Shown here piece by piece: positions 40,538 to 51,345 of a DNA stretch of 64,000 nt. Location of the stretch: NCBI GenBank assembly GCA_034659075.1, contig JAYEGM010000222.1, forward strand, positions 290 through 64,289. Direction: 5' to 3'. Each line of letters opens with the position of its first letter. Position 1 is the stretch's first letter. Source of the stretch: Pseudomonadota bacterium (lineage in GTDB: Bacteria; Pseudomonadota; Gammaproteobacteria; BMS3Bbin11). A program made the translations under genes and the position numbers. A model generated the notes under the pieces. The model was not told the origin of the DNA. It did no database searches and worked only from the letters and a program-made list of their open reading frames with translations.

Positions 40538-42463
40538 CTACCATGGCTGTGGGTCACCGGCTTTACCGGAACCACCGCCACGTTGTATATACTGATAACG
40601 TAATTTCCGACGCAGCAAACCCGCCGGATCATCTGGAATCCGTCGCAGCCACTGTTCGGCTGCTATTTGTTCTTCGGAGCTTAAGTCTTCAGCTTCAGCA
40701 GTGGCTCTTCCTTTTCCTTGCTGATCACCATTCTCAGCTTGCTGTGGCTCTGCTGATTGAGCTTCTGACTGCTGAGCTTGTTCGGTACCTTTTTCACTGT
40801 CATTTCCTTCCTGCTGCTGAGCTGCCTGTTCTTCCTGCCGCTCAGACTCTTCACTTTCTGTATCCTTTCCAGCTTGTTCAGCGGCATCAGAAAAGGCGTT
40901 TTCATTGTCTTTCTTTTCTCCAGCGCCTGGCTTGTCCTCTGCCTGCTGCTGTACCTGTCCACCGCCTGAAGAATTGGATTCATCTCCCTGCTGACTATTC
41001 TTGCCCTGCTCATCCTGCTGGTTTTGCTTATCCTGATCGCCTTGCTGCTCTTTGTTGTCCTGCTTAGACTGTTGATTCTGTTCCGATTGCTTTTGCTGCT
41101 GCAGTAATTTCTCCACGGCTTTCCTGTTGAATTCAGCATCATCCATCCCTGGCTGCTCTTTCAATGCCTTATCATAAGCATCAATCGCTTCCTGCAACTT
41201 GCCAAGTTTTGCCAGCGCATTGCCCTTGTTGTAGGCCGCGTCAACACTTTCAAGTGAAAAAAAATCTTTAACCGCTGCTTCGTAATCACCCTTACGATAA
41301 TCTGCTACACCCTTGCGCAAAGGGTCCTGCGCCAGTTCAGATGCACGCTCTGCCTCACCTGCGAGCAGGGCTTTATGCGCCTGTTGATCCTGGCGCTGCC
41401 ACAGATCCGTCATACTGAATGCCATCGCCTGTTCATTTGGCATTACTGTAATGGCGAGCAGACAAACGCTCAGCAGCCAGCCACGCCGAAATGCCAGTGC
41501 GGCCAGTGGCAGGAGCAGGATAGCCAGCCAGGGCCCGGTTTCTTTCCAGCGGGTGGCCTCAAAAGTTTCATTTTCTGTATTGCTGCGAGAACCTTTGACG
41601 CGCGCTTCCATTAGCCGGCTGATATCCGCATCACTGGCAGAAAGGCTGACATAGCTGCCACCACCGGCATTGGTAAGCTTTTGCATTGCCGGAATATTAA
41701 GACTGGTAGTTATCACGTCACCGTCATTATTGGTAAAAAAACCACCCTTTCCGGTCGGCAATGGTGCGCCCTGCTCTGTGCCCATTCCCAGTACGGAGGT
41801 AATAACCCCCTGTTTTCGGAGTTTCTCTGCGACCTCGATAGTGCGCTGATCAGTATAAGAGTCGGCCAGCAGCAGAATTTCTCCCCGTAACCGCCCTGCC
41901 TGCTGCAGCAGTTCTGCTGCCTTCAGCAAACCCAGATCTGCGCGGCTGCCCTGCACCGGCATAATGCCAGGTTTCAGTGCCGGCAACATGGCGCTAATGG
42001 TGTCAGCATCACGTGTCAGCGGTGACACAACAAAAGCATCGCCGGCAAACACCACAAGCCCGATAACGCCTTCCTGCTGTAGTTTCAGTATATCGGACAC
42101 TTTAAATCGTGCACGCTCAATACGGGAGGGTTTAAGGTCGCTGCTGTTCATGGAACGGGATAGATCAAGTACGATAACACGCGCCTGATCTGTCTGAAAA
42201 ACAGGCTGCGGAAGCTTCTCCCATACCGGGTTAGCCAGAGCGATGACTGTAATGAACCAGCCTGTCGACAGCAGCCAAAATGGCAATCGGTTGCCGCTGC
42301 CGGCTTTAGAAATTCGCAACCAGCTCAATAGCTTTTTATCAATAATACTGGACCAGGCGTCATTTTCACTGCCACCCTGCCTCAGCAGCATGCCAAGAAG
42401 GAGAACTAAGGGCAGCAGTAAATAAAGCCACTGTGGCTGTAGAAAATGAAAATTTTCAGGCAT
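40538..42463 (-). CDS. BatB/BatC-like fusion: VWA domain plus TPR repeats with a long Q/E/D-rich low-complexity tail
   Basis: Start set at MPENFHF (N-terminal TM). VWA region VIVLDLSRSM...; TPR region AYNKGNALAKLGKLQEAIDAYDKAL; about 150 aa tail rich in Q, E, D and K. Confidence 0.8.
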   Translation of the reverse strand: MPENFHFLQPQWLYLLLPLVLLLGMLLRQGGSENDAWSSIIDKKLLSWLRISKAGSGNRLPFWLLSTGWFITVIALANPVWEKLPQPVFQTDQARVIVLDLSRSMNSSDLKPSRIERARFKVSDILKLQQEGVIGLVVFAGDAFVVSPLTRDADTISAMLPALKPGIMPVQGSRADLGLLKAAELLQQAGRLRGEILLLADSYTDQRTIEVAEKLRKQGVITSVLGMGTEQGAPLPTGKGGFFTNNDGDVITTSLNIPAMQKLTNAGGGSYVSLSASDADISRLMEARVKGSRSNTENETFEATRWKETGPWLAILLLPLAALAFRRGWLLSVCLLAITVMPNEQAMAFSMTDLWQRQDQQAHKALLAGEAERASELAQDPLRKGVADYRKGDYEAAVKDFFSLESVDAAYNKGNALAKLGKLQEAIDAYDKALKEQPGMDDAEFNRKAVEKLLQQQKQSEQNQQSKQDNKEQQGDQDKQNQQDEQGKNSQQGDESNSSGGGQVQQQAEDKPGAGEKKDNENAFSDAAEQAGKDTESEESERQEEQAAQQQEGNDSEKGTEQAQQSEAQSAEPQQAENGDQQGKGRATAEAEDLSSEEQIAAEQWLRRIPDDPAGLLRRKLRYQYIQRGGGSGKAGDPQPW

Positions 42464-43469
42464 GTTTCGCCTCTCTGCGCAGGAGGAAGCTGAGCAAAGA
42501 CAGTTTCGACAAGGCCAGCAATATAGATAGAACCATTGCAATCGACAGAGGCCAGAAATACAGTTCATTTACCGGCCGGTATACTTCTACGTCATCGGCT
42601 ATCGGCTCCACCTCATCCAGCAGACTGTAGATTTGCAGCAGTGATTCAACATCCCTGGCGCGGTAATAACTGCCGCCTGTCTTGTCGGATATAGCCTGTA
42701 AGGTTTCTTCATCGATATCGGCACTGACCGCTTGCTGTCGGCCAAACAAGTCTCGAACCATGCGACTGTCGGCACCCACGCCTATGGTATAAATTCTTAT
42801 CTTTTCCTGCGCGGCAAGATCGGCGGCCTTCAGCGGCTCGATAGTGCCTGCTGTATTACTGCCATCTGTTAACAGGATTAGAACGCGATTCTGTTCAGGC
42901 TCATTGCGTAAACGTTTGACTGCCAGGCCAATGGCATCACCGATGGCTGTTTTCTTTCCGGCCAGACCTATCGCAGACTCCTGCAGCAGTGTCTTTACTG
43001 TTTTTCTGTCCAGCGTCAGCGGAGTCTGCAGATATGCCCTGTCACCGAATAGAATCAAGCCAAGGCGATCACCGACACGTCGGTCGATAAACTCTCCGGC
43101 AACCGCCTTGACCGCGGCCAGACGTGATACCTGCCGGTTGCCAATTACCATATCATCGGCTTCCATGCTGCCCGAAAGGTCGACTGCAAGCATCAGGTTC
43201 CTGCCCTGTACCGGCAGTTGGATCGCATCACCAACTGACTGGGGGCGAGCGGCAGAAACCAGCAGCAGCAGCCAGATGACAACCGCAATTATGAGCCGGA
43301 TACGGGACGCCGGTCCGGCTTCATGCTGCAGTTGTGAGTGCATGGCAGCGTAAAAGGGTACACGGATGGTAGAGATCTGCAGCTCATCCGCCTTCGGTAG
43401 CAATAGCCTGATTAATAGCGGTAAAGGCAGCAGCAGAAAAATCCATGGTAATGAAAAATTTATATCCAT
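42456..43469 (-). CDS. batA: BatA-like VWA-domain membrane protein
   Basis: N-terminal TM MDINFSLPWIFLLLPLPLLI; VWA MIDAS region LMLAVDLSGSM...TDGSNTAG. Confidence 0.85.
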   Translation of the reverse strand: MDINFSLPWIFLLLPLPLLIRLLLPKADELQISTIRVPFYAAMHSQLQHEAGPASRIRLIIAVVIWLLLLVSAARPQSVGDAIQLPVQGRNLMLAVDLSGSMEADDMVIGNRQVSRLAAVKAVAGEFIDRRVGDRLGLILFGDRAYLQTPLTLDRKTVKTLLQESAIGLAGKKTAIGDAIGLAVKRLRNEPEQNRVLILLTDGSNTAGTIEPLKAADLAAQEKIRIYTIGVGADSRMVRDLFGRQQAVSADIDEETLQAISDKTGGSYYRARDVESLLQIYSLLDEVEPIADDVEVYRPVNELYFWPLSIAMVLSILLALSKLSLLSFLLRREAKHA

Positions 43470-43612
43470 TGTTGGCTTATATTTCTAAGTCCGCTGCACT
43501 CTCACAATCTCGTCTTTCCGGCGAATGCCGGATTCCAGTGGCGGTAAAAAATAAAATACTTTCTGGATACTCGCATACGCGTGCAGGACGGTTTTTTTGT
43601 ATCGGCATTGTT

Positions 43613-44092
43613 CTAGATTACCCTCGTATTTCGTTCAATCCATTTCCTGGCCAATTGCAGCAGGCCTTCTTTGTCTACATTACTTTTATGCATATAGGGC
43701 CCGGCCTCCAGCACACTGCCTGCGCCATTGACAAAGTCACCTTCTCCGCCATGCATGTCGAGAAAAGACAGCCAGCCTTTGCCTGTCAGTGCCGCCACTT
43801 CTTTTCGCGGGTATTTGAGTAAGGCAACGCGGCGCAGCAGCGTCGACACTGATGCCAGAAATTCAGGTATTTGGTCATCAGTCACCGTTTTCGATAAATC
43901 ATCCAGTAGCAAAAATATTTCCCTTTGGGCTCTTTTCCGTCGCCAGAAACTGATCAAACGAATAGCCAGCCAGCAGAGAATCGCCACAGCAAGCAGAGCT
44001 ACTATCCACCAGCCGGGTGCCGGCGGCCAGAATTCAGGACTGGCGGGCAGATGAACGTCTCGCAATTGTAATGTTTGCTCAGCAGGATTCAT
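43613..44092 (-). CDS. DUF4381-domain membrane protein
   Basis: 159 aa; single TM WWIVALLAVAILCWLAI; conserved position between the DUF58 and batA genes. Confidence 0.7.
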   Translation of the reverse strand: MNPAEQTLQLRDVHLPASPEFWPPAPGWWIVALLAVAILCWLAIRLISFWRRKRAQREIFLLLDDLSKTVTDDQIPEFLASVSTLLRRVALLKYPRKEVAALTGKGWLSFLDMHGGEGDFVNGAGSVLEAGPYMHKSNVDKEGLLQLARKWIERNTRVI

Positions 44093-45117
44093 GCCGCCGC
44101 TCTGCCTGGCACAGTTGCACCACTATTAGGATTCGCCATAAACCGGCGCAAAGCTATCGCCGCATCATCAGCTGTGGATAAGCGCAGTAAAGGGATAGCC
44201 CGTTTACGCATGACTTCGGCAACTGCCGAATTATGCTCAATGCACCATCGCTCATAGCGCTGACGTTGTTTAGTGGCGCGGGTATCAATAATGGCTGACT
44301 GTTGACCGTCACTGACCCCGTAAACCCCCGCTGGCGGCGGGGATGTTTCTATTGGATCAAACAACTGTATAGCCACCACATCATTATGCTGACGCAGTCG
44401 CAATAACTGGGCCGAAGTCTCTTCGCTGACATGATAAAAGTCACTGAGGATAAAAATCAGACTGCCGGGCTTTGTCACCCGACGACAGCGTTTTAGCGCA
44501 CTATCAAGACCGGGATTATCTGTCTTCTCCTGCGCCGACTGCATACCTTTCACAGGGTCCGTTGCCGACATCAGCAGCCTGAACAAACGCAGAGCACCCT
44601 TTGCCCCACCGGCAGGGGGAAGCTCCTGGTGTCTGCCATTAAAGACCAGGGCTCCAATTCGGTCGCCATTTGCCACCCCGGTCCATGCGATCAGCGCTGC
44701 CAGACGTGCAGCCTGTACAGACTTGAATGCTCCCCTTGTGGCAAAGAACATACCGGGATTGAGATCAATCAACAGCATTACCGGCCGTTCACGTTCTTCC
44801 TCATACATCTTGACGTAGGGATGACCGGCACGTGCGGTTACCCGCCAGTCCATGCTGCGCACATCATCACCCGGCTGATAGGCACGTGACTCCTGGTAAT
44901 CCATACCACGGCCGCGAAAGCGGGAGGCATGCGCACCAGTAATAGAACTGTTTTTTACCCGTGCCGAAGTCAGGCTGATGCCGCGTACAGCCGCTTTCAG
45001 TGCAATCAGTTCGCCTATACTCACCGCCACACAGGATGATGCTGCCGGATCATTGTGCCCTGCATCAGTCAGGGGCTTGTCGCCAAAACCCAGTTTATTC
45101 CAGATCCTCTGCAGCAT
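44089..45117 (-). CDS. DUF58-domain protein (MoxR-associated, VWA-like)
   Basis: 342 aa; conserved DUF58 region ...YQPGDDVRSMDWRVTAR...; 4-nt overlap with the downstream gene. Confidence 0.8.
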   Translation of the reverse strand: MLQRIWNKLGFGDKPLTDAGHNDPAASSCVAVSIGELIALKAAVRGISLTSARVKNSSITGAHASRFRGRGMDYQESRAYQPGDDVRSMDWRVTARAGHPYVKMYEEERERPVMLLIDLNPGMFFATRGAFKSVQAARLAALIAWTGVANGDRIGALVFNGRHQELPPAGGAKGALRLFRLLMSATDPVKGMQSAQEKTDNPGLDSALKRCRRVTKPGSLIFILSDFYHVSEETSAQLLRLRQHNDVVAIQLFDPIETSPPPAGVYGVSDGQQSAIIDTRATKQRQRYERWCIEHNSAVAEVMRKRAIPLLRLSTADDAAIALRRFMANPNSGATVPGRAAA

Positions 45118-46139
45118 CAGGAAACCGGCACTCGCCTCACCAGTTCATTAATAAAGTCATCAGGCGAGACGCCTTCTGCCTCGGCTTCAAAAGAAAGCAG
45201 TACACGATGCCGCAATACATTGTGCACAACTGCCTGTACATCTTCAGGCGAAACATAATCTCGCTGCTGCAGCCAGGCATGCGACCGCGCACAACGATCC
45301 AGCGCAATAGTTCCACGCGGACTGGCGCCATAATTCACCCAGCGCACAAGATCCTCACCATAAGACTTCGGTTTCCGACTGGCCATCACCAGCTGTACCA
45401 TATAATCCTCAACGGCTTCCGCCATATGTAAATCCAGCACTTCATTCTGAGCCTGCCGGATCTGGTCTTTGCTTAGAATCACTTCCACTGCAGGCAGGTT
45501 TGCAGTCTCAATCCTGGCCTGCTCTTTCGCCAGGGCAAGAATCTGTTTTTCTGTACCGACAGCCGGATAATCTATACTGATATGCATCAGAAAGCGGTCA
45601 AGCTGAGCTTCAGGCAACGGGTAGGTCCCTTCCTGTTCAATCGGATTCTGTGTCGCCATTACCAGAAATGGCCGCTCCAGCTTATAAGTAGTCTGGCCGA
45701 CGGTAACCTGATGTTCACCCATCGCCTCAAGCAGTGCAGACTGCACTTTGGCCGGGGCACGGTTGATTTCGTCTGCCAGCAATAAATTGTGGAAAATCGG
45801 CCCATGCTGAAAGTTAAACTCGCCGGTTTGCGGTCGATAGATCTCGGTTCCGGTCAGGTCACCGGGCAGCAGGTCCGGGGTAAACTGCAGTCGGTGAAAA
45901 TCACCTTCTATGCGTGATGCCAGCTCTTTAATAGCTGTTGTCTTGGCCAGGCCCGGTGCACCTTCAACCAGTAAATGACCATCTGCCAGCAAGGCTATCA
46001 GCAGGCTGTCAACCAGTGACTCCTGTCCGATAATTTTTTCCTGCAGCTGCGTACGCAGACGATTAAACGACGTGTATACTGTTGCCGAAGCTGTCGAGGC
46101 TGCTGCAACATTTTCCTGCGATGCCAGTTGTGAATCCAT
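45117..46139 (-). CDS. MoxR-family AAA+ ATPase
   Basis: Walker A GAPGLAKTT; Walker B LLLADEINRAP; typical MoxR length. Confidence 0.9.
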   Translation of the reverse strand: MDSQLASQENVAAASTASATVYTSFNRLRTQLQEKIIGQESLVDSLLIALLADGHLLVEGAPGLAKTTAIKELASRIEGDFHRLQFTPDLLPGDLTGTEIYRPQTGEFNFQHGPIFHNLLLADEINRAPAKVQSALLEAMGEHQVTVGQTTYKLERPFLVMATQNPIEQEGTYPLPEAQLDRFLMHISIDYPAVGTEKQILALAKEQARIETANLPAVEVILSKDQIRQAQNEVLDLHMAEAVEDYMVQLVMASRKPKSYGEDLVRWVNYGASPRGTIALDRCARSHAWLQQRDYVSPEDVQAVVHNVLRHRVLLSFEAEAEGVSPDDFINELVRRVPVS

Positions 46140-46342
46140 TAATACTCGCTCCTGTTTCTGAAATACACATTATGACCTGAATAGTCTTCTTTTGTTCCGT
46201 AATTCAGTTATTCCGGTCACTATTATTTACGGTCTTCTATTGAAGGATTCAAGCTATCTGATACAAAAGGACAGCCTGCTTGTACTTATTTATCAGACAG
46301 GAATATTATCCTTGAAACCTCTGCACATCAGGATCACTCAGA

Positions 46343-46840
46343 ATGAAAAACTTGCTTAGCTCTGTCGCTATAATACTTTCAACGTTACCCGCACCGCTGG
46401 CCCTGGCCACTGACGTCATCAGACACCGCAACATTGGCATGGAACTGGCGCGTGATCTGGCGACTGAAGCTATCATAGTCTGTCGCAAAGACGGTTACCA
46501 CATCAGCGCCGTTGTTGTTGATCGTTTCGGTATCCTTCGCGCAGCACTGCGTGATGATATAGCATCACGCTTCACGCTGCAGATTGCCGAGGAGAAGGCG
46601 AATGCTGTTGTCCTGGCCGGCATACCTTCAGGACAGTTTCGTGACAGCCGCGGGGATATCCGCCCTGAACTGAACCATATAAATGGTATTATCATGATGC
46701 AGGGCGGCCTTCCCATAAACGCCGGTGGCAGCCGTATTGGGGCAATCGGTGTCAGCGGAGCGCCGGGTGGCGAAAAGGATGAAGCCTGCGCGGCAAAGGC
46801 ACTGGAAATAATGATGGAACGGCTGGAGTTTGCTGAATAA
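46343..46840 (+). CDS. GlcG/HbpS-like (DUF336) heme-binding protein with signal peptide
   Basis: 165 aa; signal peptide; ...GIPSGQ...GGLPI...GAIGVSGAPGGEKDEACA matches the DUF336 core. Confidence 0.7.
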   Translation: MKNLLSSVAIILSTLPAPLALATDVIRHRNIGMELARDLATEAIIVCRKDGYHISAVVVDRFGILRAALRDDIASRFTLQIAEEKANAVVLAGIPSGQFRDSRGDIRPELNHINGIIMMQGGLPINAGGSRIGAIGVSGAPGGEKDEACAAKALEIMMERLEFAE

Positions 46841-46934
46841 TGAACCAAAAGCCTCTACGCTTGCAGCCTTCATTCCTGCTTAAAGGCAAAGAAATCTGCA
46901 ATAGTAATTTGATCAATTACGAGAGTGGAAAATC

Positions 46935-47252
46935 ATGACAACCTATAAAACTGTTTTAGTATCACTACTGTTACTTCTTTTGACTAGCTGTGTAACCGAT
47001 AACGAGATTTCACAGGAGGAGCTTGAGAAGCAAAATAAAGTATCTGAAATTATTTCTGCCGTTTTATTCGACAATGATCTTGATAGCCTGGCTTCCTATA
47101 ATATTAGAAGGAGTGGCTTCGTGGTCATTATTTTCGATGAATCTGTAGCCGATGAAAAATATAGAAAAGTTGTGGATCTGCTGCGATCAAATGCTGTCAT
47201 CAAAGGCGTCAGGGCAAAGCAAAATGGCGTGGAAATCTGCGGCCTGCCCTAG
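46935..47252 (+). CDS. Hypothetical lipoprotein
   Basis: Lipobox LLLTSC after hydrophobic leader; 105 aa. Confidence 0.5.
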   Translation: MTTYKTVLVSLLLLLLTSCVTDNEISQEELEKQNKVSEIISAVLFDNDLDSLASYNIRRSGFVVIIFDESVADEKYRKVVDLLRSNAVIKGVRAKQNGVEICGLP

Positions 47253-47311
47253 GGAACTTCTGATTACATGGCATATCTCTGGCTCAGCAGACATGCCGCC
47301 TGTTGCCCGAT

Positions 47312-50300
47312 TCATCCCAGCCAGACACGGGCATTTCTGAATAAACGCATCCAGCCACTGTCTTCACCCCAGTCTGCCGGGTGCCAGGAATTGGCCACGG
47401 TACGAAATACCCGCTCAGGATGCGGCATCATGACAGTGTAGCGGCCATCTGCTGTCGTCAGCCCGGTAATGCCCTGTGGTGAGCCATTTGGATTTGCCGG
47501 ATATTTTTCTGTTTTCACACCGTAATTATCGACAAAGTGCATGGCAACTATGGCGTTCTGCTGGTCTTTATGGGTAGTGAACTCCGCCCTCCCTTCGCCA
47601 TGTGCCACGGCAATCGGCAGTGTAGAGCCTGCCATGCCTGACATGAATATGGACGGGTTCTCGGGGATGCTGACCAACGAGCTGCGTGCTTCAAACTGTT
47701 CGGACTGATTGTTAACGAATCGCGGCCATTTTTCAGCCCCCGGGATAATGTCTTTTAATGTTGCCATCATCTGACAGCCGTTGCAGACACCCAGGGCAAA
47801 GCTGTCCTGCCGCCCAAAGAACTGGCTAAATACATCGCGTGCCTGGTTATTATAAAGAATCGACTTTGCCCAGCCGCCGCCGGCACCGAGAACATCGCCG
47901 TAGGAAAAACCGCCACAGGCAACCAGTCCCTGGATCGCTTTCAGTGTTTCGCGACCACTCAAAATGTCACTCATGGTGATATCTATGGCATCGAAACCTG
48001 CGCGATCGAATGCCGCCGCCATCTCCAGCTGTGAATTGATTCCCTGCTCCCGCAAGATGCCCATTTGCGGACGTTTGCAGCTATTGATATAGGGCAAACT
48101 GATATCTTCGGATGGATCGAAACTCAACTCGGCATGTAATCCCGGATCTTCCTGATCCAGCAGCTGATCAAATTCCTGTTGCGCATTGTCGGGGTTATCG
48201 CGCAGCGATTGTATGCACATGCTGGTTTCGCTCCAGACCCGATGGAACTCGGTGCGAGAGCCATGCAGACAGACTTTGCCGGCCTGGGAAAAGTATACTT
48301 CATCGCTGTCTACCGGCGCACCGATGACATGTGCACATTCAGACAGGCCGGCACTGGCAAACACAGCCAACACCTTTTCCAGATCATTGCGGCGAATCTG
48401 CAGTGCGGCCCCAAGCTCTTCATTAAACAGAATGTTCGCTACTTTATTGCCCAGGGTATCCAGCGTGATTGTCAGACCACAATGGCCGGTAAAAGCCATT
48501 TCAAGCAGACAGGCAAATAGACCACCGTCAGAGCGATCATGGTAGGCCAGCAGCATACTCTCTTCATTGAGTGTCTGAATGGCAGCGAAGAAACTGCTCA
48601 TGTCTTCTGCCTGGTCGAGATCAGGACACTCATTGCCCAGCTCACCGTAAACCTGGGCCAGACAGGAACCCCCCAGGCGATTCTGCCCACGGCCGAGATC
48701 AATAAAAATTAGATCGGTTTCACCCTGATCAAGTACTAATTGCGGTGTAAGCGTCTGGCGTACATCCAGCACCGGTGCGAAAGCAGATATTATTAATGAT
48801 AACGGGGCGGTGACAGAGTGCTCCTCACCCTGCTCCTGCCACACGCTACGCATAGACATGGAATCCTTGCCAACGGGGATGGAAAGCCCCAGCGCAGGGC
48901 AGAGTTCCATACCGACACTTTGCACAGCATCAAACAAATTGGCATCTTCACCCGGATGGCCGGCAGGTGCCATCCAGTTGGCAGAGAGCTTGATATCGGA
49001 CAACTCTTTTATCCGAGCGGCAGCAATATTGGTCAGCACTTCACCCACCGCCATGCGACCGCTGGCAGGGCCGTCAATTAATGCCAAAGGGGGTCGTTCT
49101 CCAACCGCCATAGCTTCGCCGGTGTTTTCTCCAAGATTTGTAGCCGTCACGGCCACATCCGCCACCGGCACCTGCCAGGGACCGACCATCTGATCACGAC
49201 AGACCAGGCCGGTTACACTGCGATCACCGATAGTAATCAGGAATGACTTACTGGCAACTGTCGGCAAACGCAGTACGCGCAAGGCAGCTTCATTCAAGTC
49301 TATGCTATCAGCATTGAAAGGCATGAGCTCAGCTGCCTTATGCTGCACGTCACGCAGCATTTTTGGCGGCTTGCCGAGCAATACATCCATCGGTATATCA
49401 ATCGGCCAGGCCAGATCACGACAGGCTGATGAGTTATCAGCAGGCTGATCAACAAAGTGCTGGTCATGCAAGCTCAGTCGCCGCTCTTCCGTAGCTTTTC
49501 CCACCACTGCATAGAGGCACCTTTCACGCTCACAGATCTGCGTAAAACCGTCCCAGTACCGGTCAGCAATCGCCAGCACATAGCGTTCCTGTGATTCATT
49601 GCTCCACAGTTGCATCGGTGACATACCCGGCTCGTCATTTAATACGTCGCGTAATTCAAAATTACCGCCACGGCCTGAATCATCCACCAGCTCCGGCAGG
49701 GCATTGGATATACCACCCGCGCCGACATCGTGGATCGACAGAATGGGACTGTCCGCTCCCTTTTCACAACAGCGGTTAATGACTTCCTGACAACGACGTT
49801 GCATCTCAGCATTACTGCGCTGTACAGAAGCAAAATCGAGATCTTCGGAACTGGAACCGGAAGCCATGCTGGACGCCGCACCTCCACCAAGTCCAATCAG
49901 CATAGATGGCCCACCCAGTACCACTATTCGACTACCGGCAGGGATGTTAGATTTTTCTGTGAACTCTGCCTGTATCGAACCCAAACCACCGGCCAGCATG
50001 ATTGGCTTGTGATAGCCACGCACTTCACCGGATGGCAATGCCTGCTCATAGCTGCGGAAATAGCCGCAGATGTTCGGTCGGCCAAATTCATTATTAAACG
50101 ATGCCGCACCTATCGGGCCTTCGAGCATGATGTCCAGTGCGCTGGCAATACGTTCAGGCTTGCCATAGTCCTGCTCCCAGGCCTGCACAGCATCCGGCAG
50201 CCTGAGATTGGAAACGCTGAACCCGCAAAGTCCTGCTTTAGGTTTACTGCCGCGACCGGTCGCCCCTTCATCGCGTATCTCGCCGCCTGATCCAGTTGCT

Positions 50301-51235
50301 GCACCGGGGTGCGGGGCAATGGCGGTCGGGTGATTATGGGTTTCCACCTTCATCAGTATATGAGCATCACCTTCCTGCCAGCGGTAATGCCGTCCCTCTT
50401 CATTGAGGCGGAAGTTAGCCGCTTCATAGCCGCTGATAACTGAAGAATTATCGCTGTAAGCAACTACCGTTCCCTGCGGATGGCTTTCGTGCGTGTTACG
50501 AATCATACCGAACAGAGATTTTTCCTGTTCTGCACCATCAATAATCCAGTCAGCATTGAAAATTTTATGGCGACAGTGTTCCGAATTCACCTGTGCGAAC
50601 ATCATCAGTTCTACATCGGTCGGGTTCCTGCCCAGTTCAGTAAACGATTCAAGAAGGTAATCAATCTCATCTTCTGATAACGCGAGTCCCCATTGCTGGT
50701 TGGCAACTAATAGTGCATCCTTTCCTTTGTTAAGCAGATCAACACAACGCATCGTGGCAGGGCTGTGCTGATCAAACAAAAGCTTAGCCTTATCCAGCGA
50801 GCTGTATACAGATTCCACCATGCGATCATGAATTAGCTCATGAACACTTTTCTTTTCGGATGCTTCCAGCAGGCGATGTTCTCTGGTGCTGATATGCCAG
50901 ACCACGCCACGTTCTATGCGCTGTACTTTTTCAAGGCCACAATGGCGGGCGATATCCGTTGCCTTGGTAGACCAGGGTGAAATCGTTCCGGGTCGAGGGA
51001 TTACCAGAAAAGGCTCACCGGGAACATCCAGTTCATGGCGTGACGGACCATAGTCAAGAATAACGGAAAGGTGCTCGAGTTCAGCTTCATCCAGATCGCT
51101 GGAGTGTTGAACAAAATGGTAGTAACTCGCCGAAATCTCGTCCAGGTCAGTAATTTTTTCCGACAGCAGACTGTGCAGCTTGTTGAGTCTGAAATCAGAG
51201 ATGGCAGGTGCGCCTTGTAATGACAGAAAACTCAT
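47312..51235 (-). CDS. purL: Phosphoribosylformylglycinamidine synthase (single-chain PurL)
   Basis: 1307 aa; N-terminal [20 protein letters not shown]; C-terminal glutaminase triad region GVCNGCQ. Confidence 0.97.
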   Translation of the reverse strand: MSFLSLQGAPAISDFRLNKLHSLLSEKITDLDEISASYYHFVQHSSDLDEAELEHLSVILDYGPSRHELDVPGEPFLVIPRPGTISPWSTKATDIARHCGLEKVQRIERGVVWHISTREHRLLEASEKKSVHELIHDRMVESVYSSLDKAKLLFDQHSPATMRCVDLLNKGKDALLVANQQWGLALSEDEIDYLLESFTELGRNPTDVELMMFAQVNSEHCRHKIFNADWIIDGAEQEKSLFGMIRNTHESHPQGTVVAYSDNSSVISGYEAANFRLNEEGRHYRWQEGDAHILMKVETHNHPTAIAPHPGAATGSGGEIRDEGATGRGSKPKAGLCGFSVSNLRLPDAVQAWEQDYGKPERIASALDIMLEGPIGAASFNNEFGRPNICGYFRSYEQALPSGEVRGYHKPIMLAGGLGSIQAEFTEKSNIPAGSRIVVLGGPSMLIGLGGGAASSMASGSSSEDLDFASVQRSNAEMQRRCQEVINRCCEKGADSPILSIHDVGAGGISNALPELVDDSGRGGNFELRDVLNDEPGMSPMQLWSNESQERYVLAIADRYWDGFTQICERERCLYAVVGKATEERRLSLHDQHFVDQPADNSSACRDLAWPIDIPMDVLLGKPPKMLRDVQHKAAELMPFNADSIDLNEAALRVLRLPTVASKSFLITIGDRSVTGLVCRDQMVGPWQVPVADVAVTATNLGENTGEAMAVGERPPLALIDGPASGRMAVGEVLTNIAAARIKELSDIKLSANWMAPAGHPGEDANLFDAVQSVGMELCPALGLSIPVGKDSMSMRSVWQEQGEEHSVTAPLSLIISAFAPVLDVRQTLTPQLVLDQGETDLIFIDLGRGQNRLGGSCLAQVYGELGNECPDLDQAEDMSSFFAAIQTLNEESMLLAYHDRSDGGLFACLLEMAFTGHCGLTITLDTLGNKVANILFNEELGAALQIRRNDLEKVLAVFASAGLSECAHVIGAPVDSDEVYFSQAGKVCLHGSRTEFHRVWSETSMCIQSLRDNPDNAQQEFDQLLDQEDPGLHAELSFDPSEDISLPYINSCKRPQMGILREQGINSQLEMAAAFDRAGFDAIDITMSDILSGRETLKAIQGLVACGGFSYGDVLGAGGGWAKSILYNNQARDVFSQFFGRQDSFALGVCNGCQMMATLKDIIPGAEKWPRFVNNQSEQFEARSSLVSIPENPSIFMSGMAGSTLPIAVAHGEGRAEFTTHKDQQNAIVAMHFVDNYGVKTEKYPANPNGSPQGITGLTTADGRYTVMMPHPERVFRTVANSWHPADWGEDSGWMRLFRNARVWLG

Positions 51236-51284
51236 TTTTCAGGACTCAATCTTGATCAATGTAGGGTAAAGCCTATGATTAAAT

Positions 51285-51317
51285 GAAAAAACCCGTCTGA
51301 AGACAAAAGACGGGTTT
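51285..51317 (-). terminator. Intrinsic terminator downstream of bamC
   Basis: acccgtct / agacgggt 8-bp stem with U-run on the minus strand. Confidence 0.6.
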
Positions 51318-51345
51318 AGATACTGCAAGCAATATAGCACAGGCC

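Noticed and set aside
40543-41142. Overlapping 174-aa (plus) and 153-aa (minus, alternate frame) ORFs within the batB/C low-complexity tail region
   Set aside because: These are artefacts of the repetitive Q/E-rich coding sequence, which is open in several frames.
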